Notes under the pieces: model-generated
What the model saw: only the letters and a program-made list of their open reading frames with translations
What the model was told of the DNA's origin: nothing
Databases searched by the model: none
Shown: positions 62,748 to 64,000 of the stretch, one piece after another
Layout: every line of letters starts with the position of its first letter
Numbering within the stretch: the first letter of the stretch is position 1
IMG/VR virus record: IMGVR_UViG_2710264778_000001
Coordinates: 64,001-128,000 of that record
Length of the DNA stretch: 64,000 bases
From: a virus
Lineage: Duplodnaviria; Caudoviricetes
Strand: one strand, 5' to 3'
Translations under genes and position numbers: made by a program

Positions 62748-63464
62748 CTAGTTTTTTCTCAATTCATATAATTTTAATAATTCATTTGATTCATTTAATA
62801 AATCATTTAAATCATCATTATTTATAATTAATGATCCAGAATTATCTATATATATTCTTTTCATATGTTGTAAGAAATCTACCAATTGTTTATTATACAT
62901 TTGTTTCATAACTATATAATATAAAGAATGAAATGCTAAAAGAAATCTAAATGTAAATGGTATATCATCATTTACAGCTTGTAGAGCATTAAGCTCCGAT
63001 TGTATTTTACTTTTTAAACTATTTAAATTAGCCTTTTTTAAAATATAGTTAACTATTACTTTTAAATTTTCGTTAAGATCATATTCTTTATCTATACGTT
63101 TCTGTATTTGATCTAATTCTACATCTAATTCTTTATTTTTAAGGTTTTTTTCGTTGTTTATAATGGTATAATTTCGATCTATACTTATATTCTTTATAGA
63201 TTCTAAAGTATCTTGGCTTAATAAAGTTTGTTTTATGTTAAAGTTATTATAATTAAAAAGAGTTAATTGTGGTTCAACTTCAAAAATGTCATTTGGAGTT
63301 ATATCTAATATATTGCATAATTTTTCAAGTATATCGTATTTAATAGATGTAGTCTCGCCTTTAACTAATTTACTTAGATTATTTTGAGCTACACCTATTT
63401 CTTTAGATAATGAATAAATTGATATGTTTCTATTATCTAATATTTCTTGTAACTTTACTTTCAT
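62748..63464 (-). CDS. XRE/Cro-C1 HTH transcriptional regulator
   Basis: ISIYSLSKEIGVAQNNLSKL...LEKLCNILDITPNDIF. Confidence 0.88.
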   Translation of the reverse strand: MKVKLQEILDNRNISIYSLSKEIGVAQNNLSKLVKGETTSIKYDILEKLCNILDITPNDIFEVEPQLTLFNYNNFNIKQTLLSQDTLESIKNISIDRNYTIINNEKNLKNKELDVELDQIQKRIDKEYDLNENLKVIVNYILKKANLNSLKSKIQSELNALQAVNDDIPFTFRFLLAFHSLYYIVMKQMYNKQLVDFLQHMKRIYIDNSGSLIINNDDLNDLLNESNELLKLYELRKN

Positions 63465-63500
63465 TTAAACTACCTCCTTATTTAATTATATTATACTTCA

Positions 63501-63570
63501 ACATACTGTATGTAGCAATAAAAAATATTCAAAATATATGTTGACATACTGTATTTAATGGTATTATAAT
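63501..63570. promoter_or_regulatory. Divergent promoter with two palindromic operators
   Basis: ACATACTGTATGT (63501) and ACATACTGTATTT (63544); the second overlaps TTGACA-18-TATAAT. Confidence 0.7.
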
Positions 63571-63696
63571 GTTCACATAAGGTAAGTTAATCCAACTTAT
63601 CCAAATAAAAATAAGGCAGTAACATGAATGCTACCACCAACTCTCGCAAAGTTAGTATAGCACATTGTTCAGCCTAAATCAAGGGAGATGTGTTAA

Positions 63697-64000
63697 ATGG
63701 AAAATGAATTAATGTTATTTAAAGGAAGAAAAGTTGAGGTTTTTGAGTGGAATGGGAAGATTTTATTTAACCCTAAAGATGTTGCAGAATGTTTAGAAAT
63801 TGCAGATGTAAATAGTAGTATTAGGAATTTTAAGGAAAAGCAAGTAGTTAAGTTAAAAAATTTAGATATGCATGGAATGCATATCTAAAAATTAAATAAT
63901 GCAGGTGAAAATTTTCTTACTGAATCAGGAGTGTACAAGCTAATTTTTAAATCTAAAAAAGAAGAAGCTGAAGAATTTCAAGATTGGGTAACAGATGAAG
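63697..64000 (+). pseudogene. BRO-N antirepressor with an in-frame TAA, running off the window
   Basis: FNPKDVAECL...HI*KLNNAGENFLTESGVYKLIFKSKKEEAEEFQDWVTDE continues in the same frame after the stop at 63886-63888. Confidence 0.8.

Overview
AT-rich, Clostridium-like segment of a large SPbeta-like temperate phage that also carries plasmid maintenance functions, so probably a phage-plasmid (inference). From left to right: (i) 0.3-15 kb, leftward early/accessory genes, including two SF2 helicases, a tandem-wHTH Rep-like gene split by an IS200/IS605 element, a free-standing Zn-ribbon endonuclease sitting inside a broken gene, and a J-domain protein; (ii) 15.1-16.8 kb, a non-coding region with a DnaA-box cluster and a sharp strand-composition switch; (iii) an FtsK/SpoIIIE + replication-relaxation + Mrr-like module, a TubZ/TubR/TubY partition locus and a Rep_3 initiator with iterons; (iv) a second, intact wHTH Rep-like gene with downstream iteron-like repeats and a second, inverted copy of the IS; (v) a YonO-like single-subunit RNA polymerase whose catalytic aspartate motif is split by a 325-nt group I intron, preceded by a free-standing GIY-YIG gene; (vi) an SPbeta-ordered late region (HU, beta-CASP nuclease, YonK-like, phosphoesterase, ClpP, terminase, portal, capsid, tail) containing two long, highly structured intergenic RNA candidates; (vii) a moron cluster (MazF/PemK TA pair, cell-wall-binding protein, FxLYD protein, XRE regulator, interrupted BRO gene). 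A dispersed ~19-bp motif recurs in at least 13 intergenic regions. All family calls come from motif recognition by eye; no database searches were run.
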